Shown here: positions 18,729 through 29,591 of the stretch, in pieces | Position numbering within the stretch: the stretch's first letter is position 1 | How the letters are laid out: each line of letters begins with the position of its first letter | Virus record (IMG/VR): IMGVR_UViG_3300003322_000968 | Coordinates: 1-64,000 of that record | DNA from: a virus | Direction: 5' to 3' (one strand) | Length of the DNA stretch: 64,000 nt | Notes under the pieces: generated by a model | Seen by the model: the letters and a program-made list of their open reading frames with translations, nothing else | Told to the model about the DNA's origin: nothing | Databases searched by the model: none | Position numbers and translations under genes: made by a program

Positions 18729-21700
18729 ATGCCACAAGGCCCAGGCGATGATATATTAGATGCCGTTGAAGCTGGTGAAAGCGATAGTGCTCTAGCCAGT
18801 AAGTTCAAATTGAATGCTGATGAAATAAAAGCATTCAAGTCCCTTCATTATGGGTTGTCAAATCAAAAGATGGCTTATGATGAAATAAGCGATTATTACC
18901 CAGAACTAAATAAATATTTTAAACTCGGGCCTTATATTGATGAACGCAACAGGACTGATAAACAACCTGAAAACGAAAGGCCTGACTTTACAAAACCCGT
19001 AAAACAAAAAACTGTTGCGGAGAGCGCTGGAACACCAGCGCAACTGCGAGCATCGCAGCAAATGGCCGAAGCAAAAACTTCTGGCACATTGCAGGATAAA
19101 TTTGATAAAAAAATCACGGCATCAAATAAAGTTATTGATGATGCTATGCGCGCAAACGATGATGTAGCGGAGCATATGATACGAGACCAACGTTATAAAG
19201 CAGCGGAGCAAAAGGGTTATAATGAGTTTGCGGCAGCGCCGCGCACCGACATGCCGGCTGCTAATATGCTTGCAGGGATTCGCAATAGAGTATTGCCGCC
19301 AGAGACGAAACCACAAGACCTGCCAGTAGCGCCTGAAGAGGTGCAGCAGCTGAAATCCGAAGTGCAATCAAATGAGCCACAGGCAAGGCAGTTCATTAAC
19401 CAAATTGTGGTAAGGAAACCTGAGCGGGCGAAAGAGCTTCAAAGCTCACTTTATATGCTTGATGCCGCGCAGCGTATGAAAGAAAATCCGGAAATAGGTC
19501 AGAAGGTTAACTCAAACCTTGAAAGCCTTGAGAAAGGTGAACTAAAATACAATGCGCAAACCGGACAGCTTATTAAAGAACAGGGGTTTTGGCCTGCGCT
19601 TGTTTCCGGTATTAAAGAGCGCACTCGCCAGTTGGAAATGTATAAAACCCTGGATCTTCCAAAAGCAGACGTTATTAAAATAATGGAAGATCGCCGGGCT
19701 AAATTTGATCCCGATGAACCTGTTGATGCTCCAACTACTGCCGGCGAGATTGCGCAAATGACCGGCATGGAATGGGCAGCATTATTAAAAGGCTCGGCAA
19801 CTGGAGTAGTAGCAACCTTGGCCGATAATCCCGAGGCGGCGCCTTATGTTTCTGCCGCCATCAATGCGCCCGAATATTACAAAAGAGGTTATTCTTCTGC
19901 GTTTGATGAAACATATAATCAGTTGCGCGGTGAGGGTAAATCGCCAGAAGAGTCGTATGATCTTGCAATGCAGCAAGCTGCTACCGAGGGAAAGTTAAGT
20001 GCAGCCGAAGGCGCTATAAGCTCCTTCATAGGCGGTCGTATAGGTATGAAAGAGTTGCCAAAATTTAATATTACCGGCAGCTTTAAGAATGCGGTTAAAA
20101 ATGTAATAACTAAATCAGGCCACTTTGCGGCTGAAACCGGTGTGGAGGGGTTAACCGACGGGCTCGTTGCGGCATACCTTCAGGACAAAAAGAATGATGC
20201 GGCTAGAGAGCACGGTATTTTCAGGCCAGATGATTATCAATTACGCGAGAACATACAGGGCGAATTAACATTTGCTTTTGCTGCTGGCGCTATGACGCAG
20301 GCAGGAAAAAAACTTATAGACCCCGGCACCTATAAGAAAATTTTGTATTGGATGGGCAGGCAGCCCAAAGAAACTGTTGATGCAAAGCTTGGTGACATGG
20401 TCATGGATGGTAGTATTTCGCAAGAAGAGGCGAAAGACATAAGAGATCAGGTTGTTACTCAGCGTGAAGTTGATGGCACCGTTCCTGATGATATTAAAGA
20501 TGTTTCCAGGATGGCCATGCTCGACAAGATTAAAGAACGCGATGAGCTTGAGGCAAAATTGAAAACCGTTGACAAAGCACTCCATCCCGAAATCAAAGAA
20601 CAGATTGATAAACTAAATGATGCAATTCTCGAACACTCCAAACATAAAAAAGAAAACAATGAAAGCGAAACCAACGCCGAAACCCAAGCCCAAGCCGAGC
20701 AACCCGATGTATTAAAGGGTGCGGAACAATCTTCGCCAGTGGAAGAAGGCGCAGCCGATAATAATACAGGGAAGGGTGAGGCTGCGCCAGCTGGCGAACT
20801 ACATTACACAAATCCGGAAGGAACAGAATATGTGCTACGGGACGACAAACTGTATTACAAAAACAAAAAAGGTGAAGAGGTTGCATTTTCTGACAAGGCA
20901 ATGCAAACAAAAGATACGAAAGCACTGATTGAAACTATTAAGCAGGCAAATCAATCAAACACTCAAACAGAACAAAATGCCGTTCAAGAGCCAAGCCCAG
21001 AGGGCATACCTGTACATGCACCATCCGGAAATAGCCAGGCGATGGAGCAAGGAAATGAAGGCCAAGGGCCAGTCACAGAAGAATCTGCCAAAGCACAAAA
21101 AGTAACGCCACAACAGCAAAGCTTTTATGAAAGCAACATGGGTGCTACGCCGGCGCAAACCGGCCGCGTAATGCCCGATCCCATCGTTGGTCAACAACCT
21201 AAAAAGCTACGGCAAATTATTGCCGATGTTTCAAAGGGATTAAAGCAGCGACTGATATATTCTAAGGCCGGCCGGCGTGGTGGAATTGGCGCTTACCTAC
21301 CAAGTTTTAAAGGTATTAAAATTCGCTTTAATGGAGATTTAGATACTACGGCGCATGAGCTTGGCCACGCCATTGATGATCACTTTGATCTATATACTAT
21401 TATAGCACAAGATCCACAAGCCCTACAGGAGCTGGATCAGTTTTCATCGCATGGAAGCACGCCGCCATCTGGTCACCCTAATCCCCGCACCTATATAGAT
21501 AAAGAGGGTTTTGCCGAATGGATGCGCGCATATATTGTCAATCCAGCTGAGGCAGAACGGATGGCGCCAAAAGTAACTGAATTATATAAAGCCAATACCA
21601 GCGATAAATTTCAGGATACTATACAACAGTTTTCAGATGACGTAAGAACGTTTGCGGGCTCTAATGGCGGCAATTTGATAATGGCTAATGTTGAATTTGA

Positions 21701-24182
21701 GCCAGAGAAACCAAAGGGAATTTTAGGCCAGCTTCTTAAGAAAGAGTTAACTAATAATGAATTCTCAGTGAATTGGGTTGATCGCATGGCTGCGAATTTC
21801 ATAAACCCTTTGCATGCCTTTGAGAAAGCCTTTCGCTATGCTCAAGGAATAAGGGGCATTGATGAGGTATTACCGGAAAAAGATCCAATTATATTATCAC
21901 GCATTCTGCTTGGAATTGATGGCAAATTTGGCGAAGTACTGAAAAGCGGAATGATCAATGGCAGAAGTGAAGTTCTTTCTGATGAGCAAGGAAATGTAAA
22001 AAATTTGCAATGGTTATTATCCCCTTTTGACAATACAGATATGGCTTCCATTGTGCAAGACATGAAGGACACAATAGCTTTAATGGTCGCAGAAAGAACT
22101 GTAGAGCTTGCGGGCAAATTCGAGCGCGGTAATCTATTAACTGGTATTGGCGGTGGTATATTTAGCGACTTTGAAGCTGCTCAAAAAGCACTGAATGATT
22201 TTCATAATGGAGACTCCGAGAGGCTGGCGCGTATTCAGGAGGCAGCAAGCCGTTATCGGGAATTTGCAGATGACATCCTTAAGTATGCTGTAGATAAAGG
22301 ACGGTTTAGTAAAGAACAATATGATCTAATAAAAGAAAATAATATTCAATATGTAGCGCTTTTTAGGTTATTAGAGACCGAACCAGATGAGGAGTTGACG
22401 GTTTTTAAAGGAAAGAGTGGCGCATTAGGCAGCACATCGGAAATCGTGCATTCAATAAAAGGTTCAACCAAGGCCATAGAAAACCCTTATATATCATTGC
22501 TTAACATGCTATATCGAACAATGCGCGAATCAGATCGCAATGAAACATTGCGAGCTTTTCGTGATATGTTGGTTGATCCGCGTTATAGCAATGAAGGCGA
22601 GCCAAAACGGCTATCGGATATTGGAATGATTGCGCAAGAGGGCGACAAGGAGACAATTTCCATTTTTGTTGATGGCAAACAAGAGAAATGGCGGTTTCAG
22701 AAAGATGTATATGAGCAGCTAAAAGCAATGGATAAGGACGCGTATAAGCTTCCGGCGCTCTTAACTGCGCCTGGGCAAGCGCTGCGATTCTTTACTACGC
22801 ACTTTCCGACTTTTGCAGTTCGCAACTGGGTTAAGGACTTACAAGATCGATTAATTAAATCTACAACTGGCTCGGGCTTCATGGATCTGATAGGCAATAA
22901 AGAAGACTGGAATACAATAGCGAGAGCTGGCGGTTTGAACAGCGGCTTTTATCTTAAATCTAAAGAGCATTATTATGGGCTTTTGACAGAAGCGATGGAT
23001 GTTATGGCTAAGGACAAGAAGTTTATTCTTGCAGACCCTGTGATGTTGAAACACGCTTGGAATAAATATTCTGACCTACTTTATAAAAGCGAAACATCTA
23101 ATCGTGTAGCGGAATACAGGTCTGCGTTTAAAGAAGCCAAAGAGAAGGGAATGGATGACTACAACGCCATGATGTACGGCGCCTATAAAGCAAGGAATTT
23201 AATTGACTTTGCAATCATGGGCCATTGGATGAAAATTGCCAACCAAATTATTCCGTTTAGTAATGCGGCGGTGCAGGGTTTAAGATCAGCGGCCTATAGT
23301 ATTAAAGAAAACCCTGGTGGTTTTATGGCGCGCACTGCTATTTACTCTATAATACCTGGCATAGCGGCTTGGATATGGAATCATCGCAACGATGATGATG
23401 AGAAATTATATGAGGAAATGCCGGCGTATCAACGCGACATGTTCTGGAATTTCAGAGTAGGCCCCAATAACTGGCTTTCAGTGCCGAAGCCTTATGAATT
23501 GGCCTTGCCGCAAGCCGGAATAGATAGGTGGTTAAGTTATAAATACTCTAAAAACGAGAAAGCATTTGAGGGCTACGGTACAGACATTAAAAAATTATTA
23601 TTACCATTTGATGAAGGCAACTTAGCGGGTCCATACCAAGGCGTTTTTGAAGGAATCACTAACTATGATTTTTTTAGAGAACGCAATATCATTCCGGTAG
23701 ATGAAGATCCTTTAAACCTTGCGCTCCGTCACACAGAAACAGCTTCACGGCTTGGCCAGTTGCTGCAAAAATATACAAGTATTGACGGTCGTAAATGGGA
23801 TCACTTCTTGCAACGTCAGTTTTCATATACCGGCTCATTCGCGCTAAAGCTATCGGATCTTGGTAAAGAAAACAGTCGCCATGAATTTGATTTCACGGAC
23901 ACTGGTTTATTTAAGCGCAGTCCGGCATACAATTCAGTATCAGTGCAAAAGATGATTGCTTATGCAAAAGAATTTGGTTTAACCAAAACTCCCGCTTATA
24001 AATCCTTTAACGGAATGGTAGCAGAATACTTTGCAGCTACAGATAATGAAAAACGTGAAGAAGTTGGAAAGCAATTAATCGATTACGGTAAAACGCTATA
24101 TGAAGATTGGGTAAGGAATAAGGTTGATGAACGCAAAATAGAGGCGGCTGAAGCCAAAAAAGCAGCACAACAAAAGAAATGA
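18729..24182 (+). CDS. Large polyvalent cargo protein with zincin-like HExxH and C-terminal LPD38-like domain
   Basis: AHELGHAID...EGFAE; IPFSNAAVQG and WLSVPKPYEL motifs; 1817 aa. Confidence 0.7.
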   Translation: MPQGPGDDILDAVEAGESDSALASKFKLNADEIKAFKSLHYGLSNQKMAYDEISDYYPELNKYFKLGPYIDERNRTDKQPENERPDFTKPVKQKTVAESAGTPAQLRASQQMAEAKTSGTLQDKFDKKITASNKVIDDAMRANDDVAEHMIRDQRYKAAEQKGYNEFAAAPRTDMPAANMLAGIRNRVLPPETKPQDLPVAPEEVQQLKSEVQSNEPQARQFINQIVVRKPERAKELQSSLYMLDAAQRMKENPEIGQKVNSNLESLEKGELKYNAQTGQLIKEQGFWPALVSGIKERTRQLEMYKTLDLPKADVIKIMEDRRAKFDPDEPVDAPTTAGEIAQMTGMEWAALLKGSATGVVATLADNPEAAPYVSAAINAPEYYKRGYSSAFDETYNQLRGEGKSPEESYDLAMQQAATEGKLSAAEGAISSFIGGRIGMKELPKFNITGSFKNAVKNVITKSGHFAAETGVEGLTDGLVAAYLQDKKNDAAREHGIFRPDDYQLRENIQGELTFAFAAGAMTQAGKKLIDPGTYKKILYWMGRQPKETVDAKLGDMVMDGSISQEEAKDIRDQVVTQREVDGTVPDDIKDVSRMAMLDKIKERDELEAKLKTVDKALHPEIKEQIDKLNDAILEHSKHKKENNESETNAETQAQAEQPDVLKGAEQSSPVEEGAADNNTGKGEAAPAGELHYTNPEGTEYVLRDDKLYYKNKKGEEVAFSDKAMQTKDTKALIETIKQANQSNTQTEQNAVQEPSPEGIPVHAPSGNSQAMEQGNEGQGPVTEESAKAQKVTPQQQSFYESNMGATPAQTGRVMPDPIVGQQPKKLRQIIADVSKGLKQRLIYSKAGRRGGIGAYLPSFKGIKIRFNGDLDTTAHELGHAIDDHFDLYTIIAQDPQALQELDQFSSHGSTPPSGHPNPRTYIDKEGFAEWMRAYIVNPAEAERMAPKVTELYKANTSDKFQDTIQQFSDDVRTFAGSNGGNLIMANVEFEPEKPKGILGQLLKKELTNNEFSVNWVDRMAANFINPLHAFEKAFRYAQGIRGIDEVLPEKDPIILSRILLGIDGKFGEVLKSGMINGRSEVLSDEQGNVKNLQWLLSPFDNTDMASIVQDMKDTIALMVAERTVELAGKFERGNLLTGIGGGIFSDFEAAQKALNDFHNGDSERLARIQEAASRYREFADDILKYAVDKGRFSKEQYDLIKENNIQYVALFRLLETEPDEELTVFKGKSGALGSTSEIVHSIKGSTKAIENPYISLLNMLYRTMRESDRNETLRAFRDMLVDPRYSNEGEPKRLSDIGMIAQEGDKETISIFVDGKQEKWRFQKDVYEQLKAMDKDAYKLPALLTAPGQALRFFTTHFPTFAVRNWVKDLQDRLIKSTTGSGFMDLIGNKEDWNTIARAGGLNSGFYLKSKEHYYGLLTEAMDVMAKDKKFILADPVMLKHAWNKYSDLLYKSETSNRVAEYRSAFKEAKEKGMDDYNAMMYGAYKARNLIDFAIMGHWMKIANQIIPFSNAAVQGLRSAAYSIKENPGGFMARTAIYSIIPGIAAWIWNHRNDDDEKLYEEMPAYQRDMFWNFRVGPNNWLSVPKPYELALPQAGIDRWLSYKYSKNEKAFEGYGTDIKKLLLPFDEGNLAGPYQGVFEGITNYDFFRERNIIPVDEDPLNLALRHTETASRLGQLLQKYTSIDGRKWDHFLQRQFSYTGSFALKLSDLGKENSRHEFDFTDTGLFKRSPAYNSVSVQKMIAYAKEFGLTKTPAYKSFNGMVAEYFAATDNEKREEVGKQLIDYGKTLYEDWVRNKVDERKIEAAEAKKAAQQKK

Positions 24183-24754
24183 TCTACAAACAAGCAGATT
24201 TCAATAATTGTCAATTCAATCCATTAGTAAAAGACCCATTGCTGAGCATGTTCCCGCGCCTAACAGAGATCATAGATCCCGAATGGCGAGATGAACACCT
24301 GGATAGCATTTTGCGCTATATGATCATGGTGTATGATCCAAAGTCACCCTTAGTTTTTAATGAGCGGGATTTGAATTATCGTAAGGGCATTGCAGTGGAG
24401 TTATCCCGGTTGGATGAAGAGGTATCGGAGGCTGTTATAAATTCTACACACAAATACAGTCTGAATCTGATCGTTAAATACCTCATACGCTTTGCCAGGT
24501 CTAAGGAGTGGGCTGCGATCTGTGCTTTCGAAAGCTCCTATAACGAATCCATTAAGGAGGTCATGGAGCCTATATCTGGTAAGAATAGCCGGGAGAAACT
24601 GGACTCGGTACAAAAGAAGGCGGTTATTAAGCAGGAAATAATTGAGGATATAAAACGCCTTGATATGCTTTACCGAACCTTCTTTGGGGAGGACGAGGAG
24701 CTTCAGAAGAACAAGAAGCGCCTAACGCCGGAAATGATAGCAAGCCCCCGCTAA
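24179..24754 (+). CDS. Putative terminase small subunit / hypothetical protein
   Basis: Directly upstream of TerL; helical; assigned by position only. Confidence 0.4.
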   Translation: MIYKQADFNNCQFNPLVKDPLLSMFPRLTEIIDPEWRDEHLDSILRYMIMVYDPKSPLVFNERDLNYRKGIAVELSRLDEEVSEAVINSTHKYSLNLIVKYLIRFARSKEWAAICAFESSYNESIKEVMEPISGKNSREKLDSVQKKAVIKQEIIEDIKRLDMLYRTFFGEDEELQKNKKRLTPEMIASPR

Positions 24755-24807
24755 AAACTTATCCTACTTTAGGGCTTATTACACTCCTTCCCGTTAGATT
24801 AGGTGTA
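24752..24807 (+). promoter_or_regulatory. Bipartite late promoter, copy 2 (probably leaderless terL mRNA)
   Basis: TAAAAACTTATCCTACTTT...TAGATTAGGTGT-ATG. Confidence 0.75.
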
Positions 24808-26822
24808 TGTTCTTACCTATAGAAGGCGGAAGTGTAGAAGTCATTCAGGGTTATGAGTGTCAGTTACCACCAGTTGGTTACGGTAAAAACCGGCTAACTG
24901 GGGAGCTGGAGCATATTGGTATTATAAAGTCATCCCCTCGCACTGAAGATCAGATTTGGAAGCGTATAACTCTACCTGTTGATTGGGATAAGCGTCGCAA
25001 GGCAGAACAAAAGCAGCAGGATAATGACCCGGATTACTTTGACCCTGATCTTGAGAAAATAAGAGAGCGCCACTGGCAATATCGACTTTGTGGTATTTGG
25101 GTTTATATTAACGGTAAGCCGGTTTATTTACCAGGTTCTTACTACATGTATCTTAATTGGTGTCAAATTGATATAGGTTATCCTTATTACCGTGACACCG
25201 ACCGCCGCTTCTATTATGTTTGGGAATATTGTGTTGAAGATCCCCGATGCGCCGGCTTAGTTGATATTGAGCGCCGGCGTATGGGCAAAACTTATAAATC
25301 CGGATCAATATTACTTGATCGTGCAAGCCTTTACCGCAACCATCATGGCGGCATACAGTCGAAAACAGGCGAAGATGCTAAGCAAGTATTCAAGAAAACG
25401 GTAGTAGCATTCTTCAAGAAAATTCCAGACTTCTTTCGGCCTATATATGATAAATCTAAGGGCATAACTCCGACGAGTGAATTAAGGTTCTTTCAGACTA
25501 CAGCTAAAGGTCGGAATGCGGAAAAGGTTTTAGAGGGCGATGAACTGGAATCGTGGATTGACTTCGGGACTTCTGAACCATTCTATTATGATGGCTCAAA
25601 GCTTAACTCTTATGTCTGCGATGAGTTTGGTAAAACAATGGATTGTAATGTCTGGGATCGTTGGGGTGTTGTTCGTTTCTGTTTGGATCAGGACGGCCAA
25701 TGGGTTGGCAAGGCTTTATTCACTACCACCATTGAAGAAATGGAGAATGGTGGCGAAAATGGCCAACGCGTTTGGGATAACTCCAACCAAGATGAACGCA
25801 ACGACAACGGTCGTACTAAGTCCGGCATGTATAGGTTTTTTCTTCCAGCATTTGAAACAACCTTCTTTGATAAGTATGGCATGCCAGAGGTTGAGCGCGC
25901 TAAGGATTATTACCTTAAAGAACGCGCCGGGCTACAACATGACCCACGCGCACTAAGTTCAATCATTCGCAAAAACCCCTTCGATATACATGAGGCATTT
26001 CGCATTGATGGCGATCGTTGCCTTTATGATTCAATGAAGCTCAACTACCAGCTTGATTCACTATCGTATAAACAAAACCTAACTACACGTGGCAATTTCG
26101 TTTGGGAGAATGGTGAGCCTTTTACTAAGGTAAGATTTGAGAAATCTTCTAACGGTCGCTGGGAAGTGGCGTATCTCATGGAGAATTTTGATAACGCAAA
26201 CCAGGTGGTTTGCCGCAATGGGAGATTTTTTCCAAATAACAATTTTGCTTTTACGATAGGCTGCGACCCCTTTAAATACGATGCCACCAAAGACAATCGC
26301 CGCTCCGATTGCGCCGCTTTTGTATATAAAAAGTTTGATGCGCTAAATCCCAGTCACCCATATAACGATGCCTTTGTTTGTTACTACCGTTACCGCGCGG
26401 CTACTACAGCTATGCAATATGAAGACATTCTAAAGATGGCATGGTATTATGGTTGCCAGGTATTATTTGAGCGCAATATTGATAACTGGCGAGATTACTT
26501 TTTTGCTAAGAACTGTGAGGGATTCTTAATGAAACTGCCGGGGGAGGATGATTTTGGTATTTATACTGATGGCCATAAAACTGTTCACCAAACATTAGCC
26601 GATTATACAGAAGCCTACATTAATGAGCATATTGAAAAAGTGTATTTCAGGAATTTAATTAAGGAGTGGCTTTTGTTCGAAATCTCACGTACAACAGCAT
26701 TCGATACTGCAATGGCCGCTGGTTTCACTTTAATAGCCGCAAGAAATAAATCCTATATAAGAAAAATTGAAGACACGAGAGATGTTTCAAATTATTTCAG
26801 AATAAGAAAAGCTACAGCATAA
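24807..26822 (+). CDS. terL: Terminase large subunit
   Basis: Walker A RRRMGKT, Walker B YVCDEFGK, nuclease IGCDP...FER...FDTAMAAG. Confidence 0.92.
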   Translation: MFLPIEGGSVEVIQGYECQLPPVGYGKNRLTGELEHIGIIKSSPRTEDQIWKRITLPVDWDKRRKAEQKQQDNDPDYFDPDLEKIRERHWQYRLCGIWVYINGKPVYLPGSYYMYLNWCQIDIGYPYYRDTDRRFYYVWEYCVEDPRCAGLVDIERRRMGKTYKSGSILLDRASLYRNHHGGIQSKTGEDAKQVFKKTVVAFFKKIPDFFRPIYDKSKGITPTSELRFFQTTAKGRNAEKVLEGDELESWIDFGTSEPFYYDGSKLNSYVCDEFGKTMDCNVWDRWGVVRFCLDQDGQWVGKALFTTTIEEMENGGENGQRVWDNSNQDERNDNGRTKSGMYRFFLPAFETTFFDKYGMPEVERAKDYYLKERAGLQHDPRALSSIIRKNPFDIHEAFRIDGDRCLYDSMKLNYQLDSLSYKQNLTTRGNFVWENGEPFTKVRFEKSSNGRWEVAYLMENFDNANQVVCRNGRFFPNNNFAFTIGCDPFKYDATKDNRRSDCAAFVYKKFDALNPSHPYNDAFVCYYRYRAATTAMQYEDILKMAWYYGCQVLFERNIDNWRDYFFAKNCEGFLMKLPGEDDFGIYTDGHKTVHQTLADYTEAYINEHIEKVYFRNLIKEWLLFEISRTTAFDTAMAAGFTLIAARNKSYIRKIEDTRDVSNYFRIRKATA

Positions 26823-26837
26823 AATTAACCCATATAT

Positions 26838-26948
26838 ATGAAAGAAATCTGGAAAGACATTAAAGGCTATGAAAGATTGTATCAAGCATTTAAATACGGC
26901 ATAATATGGAAGATCAACTCAGAGGCATTTATCCTCCTCATGATATAA
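26838..26948 (+). pseudogene. Remnant of a NUMOD4 homing endonuclease (internal deletion)
   Basis: Manual translation MKEIWKDIKGYERLYQ (NUMOD4 start) joined directly to AFKYGIIWK (NUMOD1-like end). Confidence 0.7.
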
Positions 26949-29203
26949 ACCCTAAGGACAAAGACATTAAATGGGGAATGAAATACGCAAGGGCCTGTTG
27001 GTCTGACTGGAGCTATACAGTACCAAGAACAATATTTTTTAACTCTAGCGATAAATACGAGGAGCTGCGATTATATGCTCAGGGCAAACAGCCTATAAAT
27101 AAATACAAGAAGCTTTTAGCGGTAGACGAACAAACTGACAATACATGGCTTACTGTGGACTGGAGCGTTCGCCCAATCATTCCTAAATTCCGCGATATAG
27201 CATTATCACGCCTCATGCAGCAGGAGTATAACATTGTTGCTACTCCCATAGACCCTCAGGCCAAAGGTGAATTAGATCAGTATTACGCTGACATGAAAGC
27301 GAAGATAGCTATACGCAAGTTAATGGAAGAACAGAATCAGGAATTAGCCAATCATCCCATGTTGCAGCCGCAGTCAGGTGAACCAATGGACTTCGAAGAA
27401 CTGGAAATGCGCATTGAGTTTGGGGAGCAATTCAATCGCAGCAAGGATGCAGAACAGGCTATTCAGCTCATGTTTTATGAGAATGATAGCAAGTTCGTTC
27501 GACGCCGTTTATTTGAATCAATGTTTGATTGCGGTACGGCTGGCTATAAAGCTTGGTTAGACAAAGACGGTAGACCGAAGTTTAGGGATGTAAATCCTGA
27601 AGCTGTCGTAACTAACTGGTGCCGTTTCCCCAATTTTAAAGACCTGATACACGCCGGCGAAGTAATTGATGTAAGCCTGATTGATCTGGCTACTATGAAG
27701 GATGATGATGGTCAGCCCTATTTTACACAGGAGGAAATTGATGAAATGCGCAATAACATCGCAGGCAAATGGAGCAACCCCGCCATGGTTGGGCGCAGCA
27801 CCAATTATTTTAAGAATTACGATCGGCAAACTGTTAAAGTATTAGACCTGCAATTCTTCTCCTACAACGAGTTGAACTTTGAGCGGAATGTAAATCGCCG
27901 GGGCAATGTAATGTTCAATGAGGCCGAATGGGACAAGCGCAATAACAAGAAAGATAAATACCTGCGCAAGAAAATTAAAGTAGTTTATGAGATTAAGTGG
28001 ATCATAGGCACTGATTATGCGTATGACTTTCGGCTTAAGAAAGACATGAAGCGCTCGGTTGACCCTAAAAAAATGGCTGAAACTACGCTCGATTACAAAT
28101 TCTTTGCGCCGAATTTTTATGAGATGCGCACCTTGTCAATGATGGAGCGCCTTGTACCATTAGCCGACGAATACCAAATGACCATATACCGCATTCAGAA
28201 CTTCATAAATCGCATGGTGCCGAACGGCTGGTGGATAGACCTTGACGCGCTGGAGAATGTTGCATTAAATAAAGGTGGCGAGAACATGAAGCCGCTTGAT
28301 CTCTTGCAGATGTTTTATGAAACCGGTGTGCTCGTTGGTCGCAGCAAAGATGTAATGGGGGATAACGTTAATTATAAGCCCATCATTCCCATTGACAATA
28401 ACGCATACAACCAGCTCCAGGCTTTATATGAGCATTTGCAATTATGTATAGCTCAGATGCAAAGCATTATCGGCCTCAATGAGCTAACCGATGCCTCTAC
28501 GCCAAATGCAAAAACACTGAACGGTGTGGCTTCCATGGCGGTTGAATCTACCAACAACGCGTTATATCAAATTCAATTTGGTGAGCGCTATTTGCTGGAG
28601 TCGCTGGCCAACGATATGTTAATGCTTACACAGCAGGCTGTTAAGAAGGGCGACATAGAAGGCTTTGCGAAGGCCCTTAACAGCAATACGCTGCAATTCA
28701 TTAAAGCTTCTGAGGACCTGCCTTTACGCGACTATGGGATTATGTTAGACGAACGCCCCACTGATGACCAGAAGCAACTTCTGCTAATGCAGATTCAGCA
28801 AGATCAGGCTCAAGGATTACTCGATACCGCCGATGCTCTTTATATATTAAATGTATATAATGTGAAGCAGGCGCAGCAAATGCTCGCCTATAAGGTTCGT
28901 AAGAATAAGGAGGCAGCACAGAAGAATGAAATGGCGAAAATACAACAAACCGTACAGGGCCAACAGCAGTCCGCCATGCTGGCCGAACAGGCGAAACAAC
29001 AAACCTTACAGGTTGAGTGGTCGCTTAAAATGCAATATATGGAACGGGAAAAGCAATTGGATTATATGATTAAGCAACAGGAGCTGCAGCTTAAGTATGG
29101 AATGAATTCCCAGAACAACCAGACAAAAATTGTTACCACGCAAATGGCCAATGAAAGCAAAGAGCGTATTGCAGAAAACGCAGAAGCCGAACCGGCCAAA
29201 TAA
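26906..29203 (+). CDS. Portal protein (crAss-like)
   Basis: 765 aa after TerL; LRLYAQGKQPINKYK, PIIPKFRDI, MFYETGVLVGRS, IGLNELTDASTP; Gln-rich C-terminal barrel. Confidence 0.88.
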   Translation: MEDQLRGIYPPHDINPKDKDIKWGMKYARACWSDWSYTVPRTIFFNSSDKYEELRLYAQGKQPINKYKKLLAVDEQTDNTWLTVDWSVRPIIPKFRDIALSRLMQQEYNIVATPIDPQAKGELDQYYADMKAKIAIRKLMEEQNQELANHPMLQPQSGEPMDFEELEMRIEFGEQFNRSKDAEQAIQLMFYENDSKFVRRRLFESMFDCGTAGYKAWLDKDGRPKFRDVNPEAVVTNWCRFPNFKDLIHAGEVIDVSLIDLATMKDDDGQPYFTQEEIDEMRNNIAGKWSNPAMVGRSTNYFKNYDRQTVKVLDLQFFSYNELNFERNVNRRGNVMFNEAEWDKRNNKKDKYLRKKIKVVYEIKWIIGTDYAYDFRLKKDMKRSVDPKKMAETTLDYKFFAPNFYEMRTLSMMERLVPLADEYQMTIYRIQNFINRMVPNGWWIDLDALENVALNKGGENMKPLDLLQMFYETGVLVGRSKDVMGDNVNYKPIIPIDNNAYNQLQALYEHLQLCIAQMQSIIGLNELTDASTPNAKTLNGVASMAVESTNNALYQIQFGERYLLESLANDMLMLTQQAVKKGDIEGFAKALNSNTLQFIKASEDLPLRDYGIMLDERPTDDQKQLLLMQIQQDQAQGLLDTADALYILNVYNVKQAQQMLAYKVRKNKEAAQKNEMAKIQQTVQGQQQSAMLAEQAKQQTLQVEWSLKMQYMEREKQLDYMIKQQELQLKYGMNSQNNQTKIVTTQMANESKERIAENAEAEPAK

Positions 29204-29256
29204 AAACTTATCCAACTTTTGATTAGTTAAAAAAAATCGCATTTACATTAGGTGTA
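29201..29256 (+). promoter_or_regulatory. Bipartite late promoter, copy 3 (capsid operon)
   Basis: TAAAAACTTATCCAACTTT...TACATTAGGTGT-ATG. Confidence 0.75.
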
Positions 29257-29591
29257 TGTCCTTTTATTTAAAAAAGGTTGATGCTGTCCAGTTTAAGTTG
29301 ACCGATCAGCAGCGGGAGCAAATTAGAAACCGTAAGGCGGTGTTTTTCGAAGGCGCCCCGATTAAGCATATTGGTGGTGATCAGTATATAGCCTTGTTGC
29401 AGCAAGGGGAAAACCTGATTAAGATAACTGAATCGCAATGGCTTGTGCGCCATCCCGATGGTCAATGGCAAATACTTTGGCCTGATAGCTTTAGTGCGAA
29501 TTTTATAAGGGGAAACGATTCTGATCTAATTGAAATAAAATACGATCCATTTAAGGCGAAGTCCTTTAGTCAGCCCAATACAATTATATGA
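29256..29591 (+). CDS. Hypothetical phage protein
   Basis: 111-aa ORF (KKVDAVQF...WLVRHPDG). Confidence 0.55.
   Translation: MSFYLKKVDAVQFKLTDQQREQIRNRKAVFFEGAPIKHIGGDQYIALLQQGENLIKITESQWLVRHPDGQWQILWPDSFSANFIRGNDSDLIEIKYDPFKAKSFSQPNTII

Noticed and set aside
18729-24182. crAss-type virion RNA polymerase
   Set aside because: No convincing DxDxD catalytic motif; the motifs seen are zincin HExxH and LPD38-like
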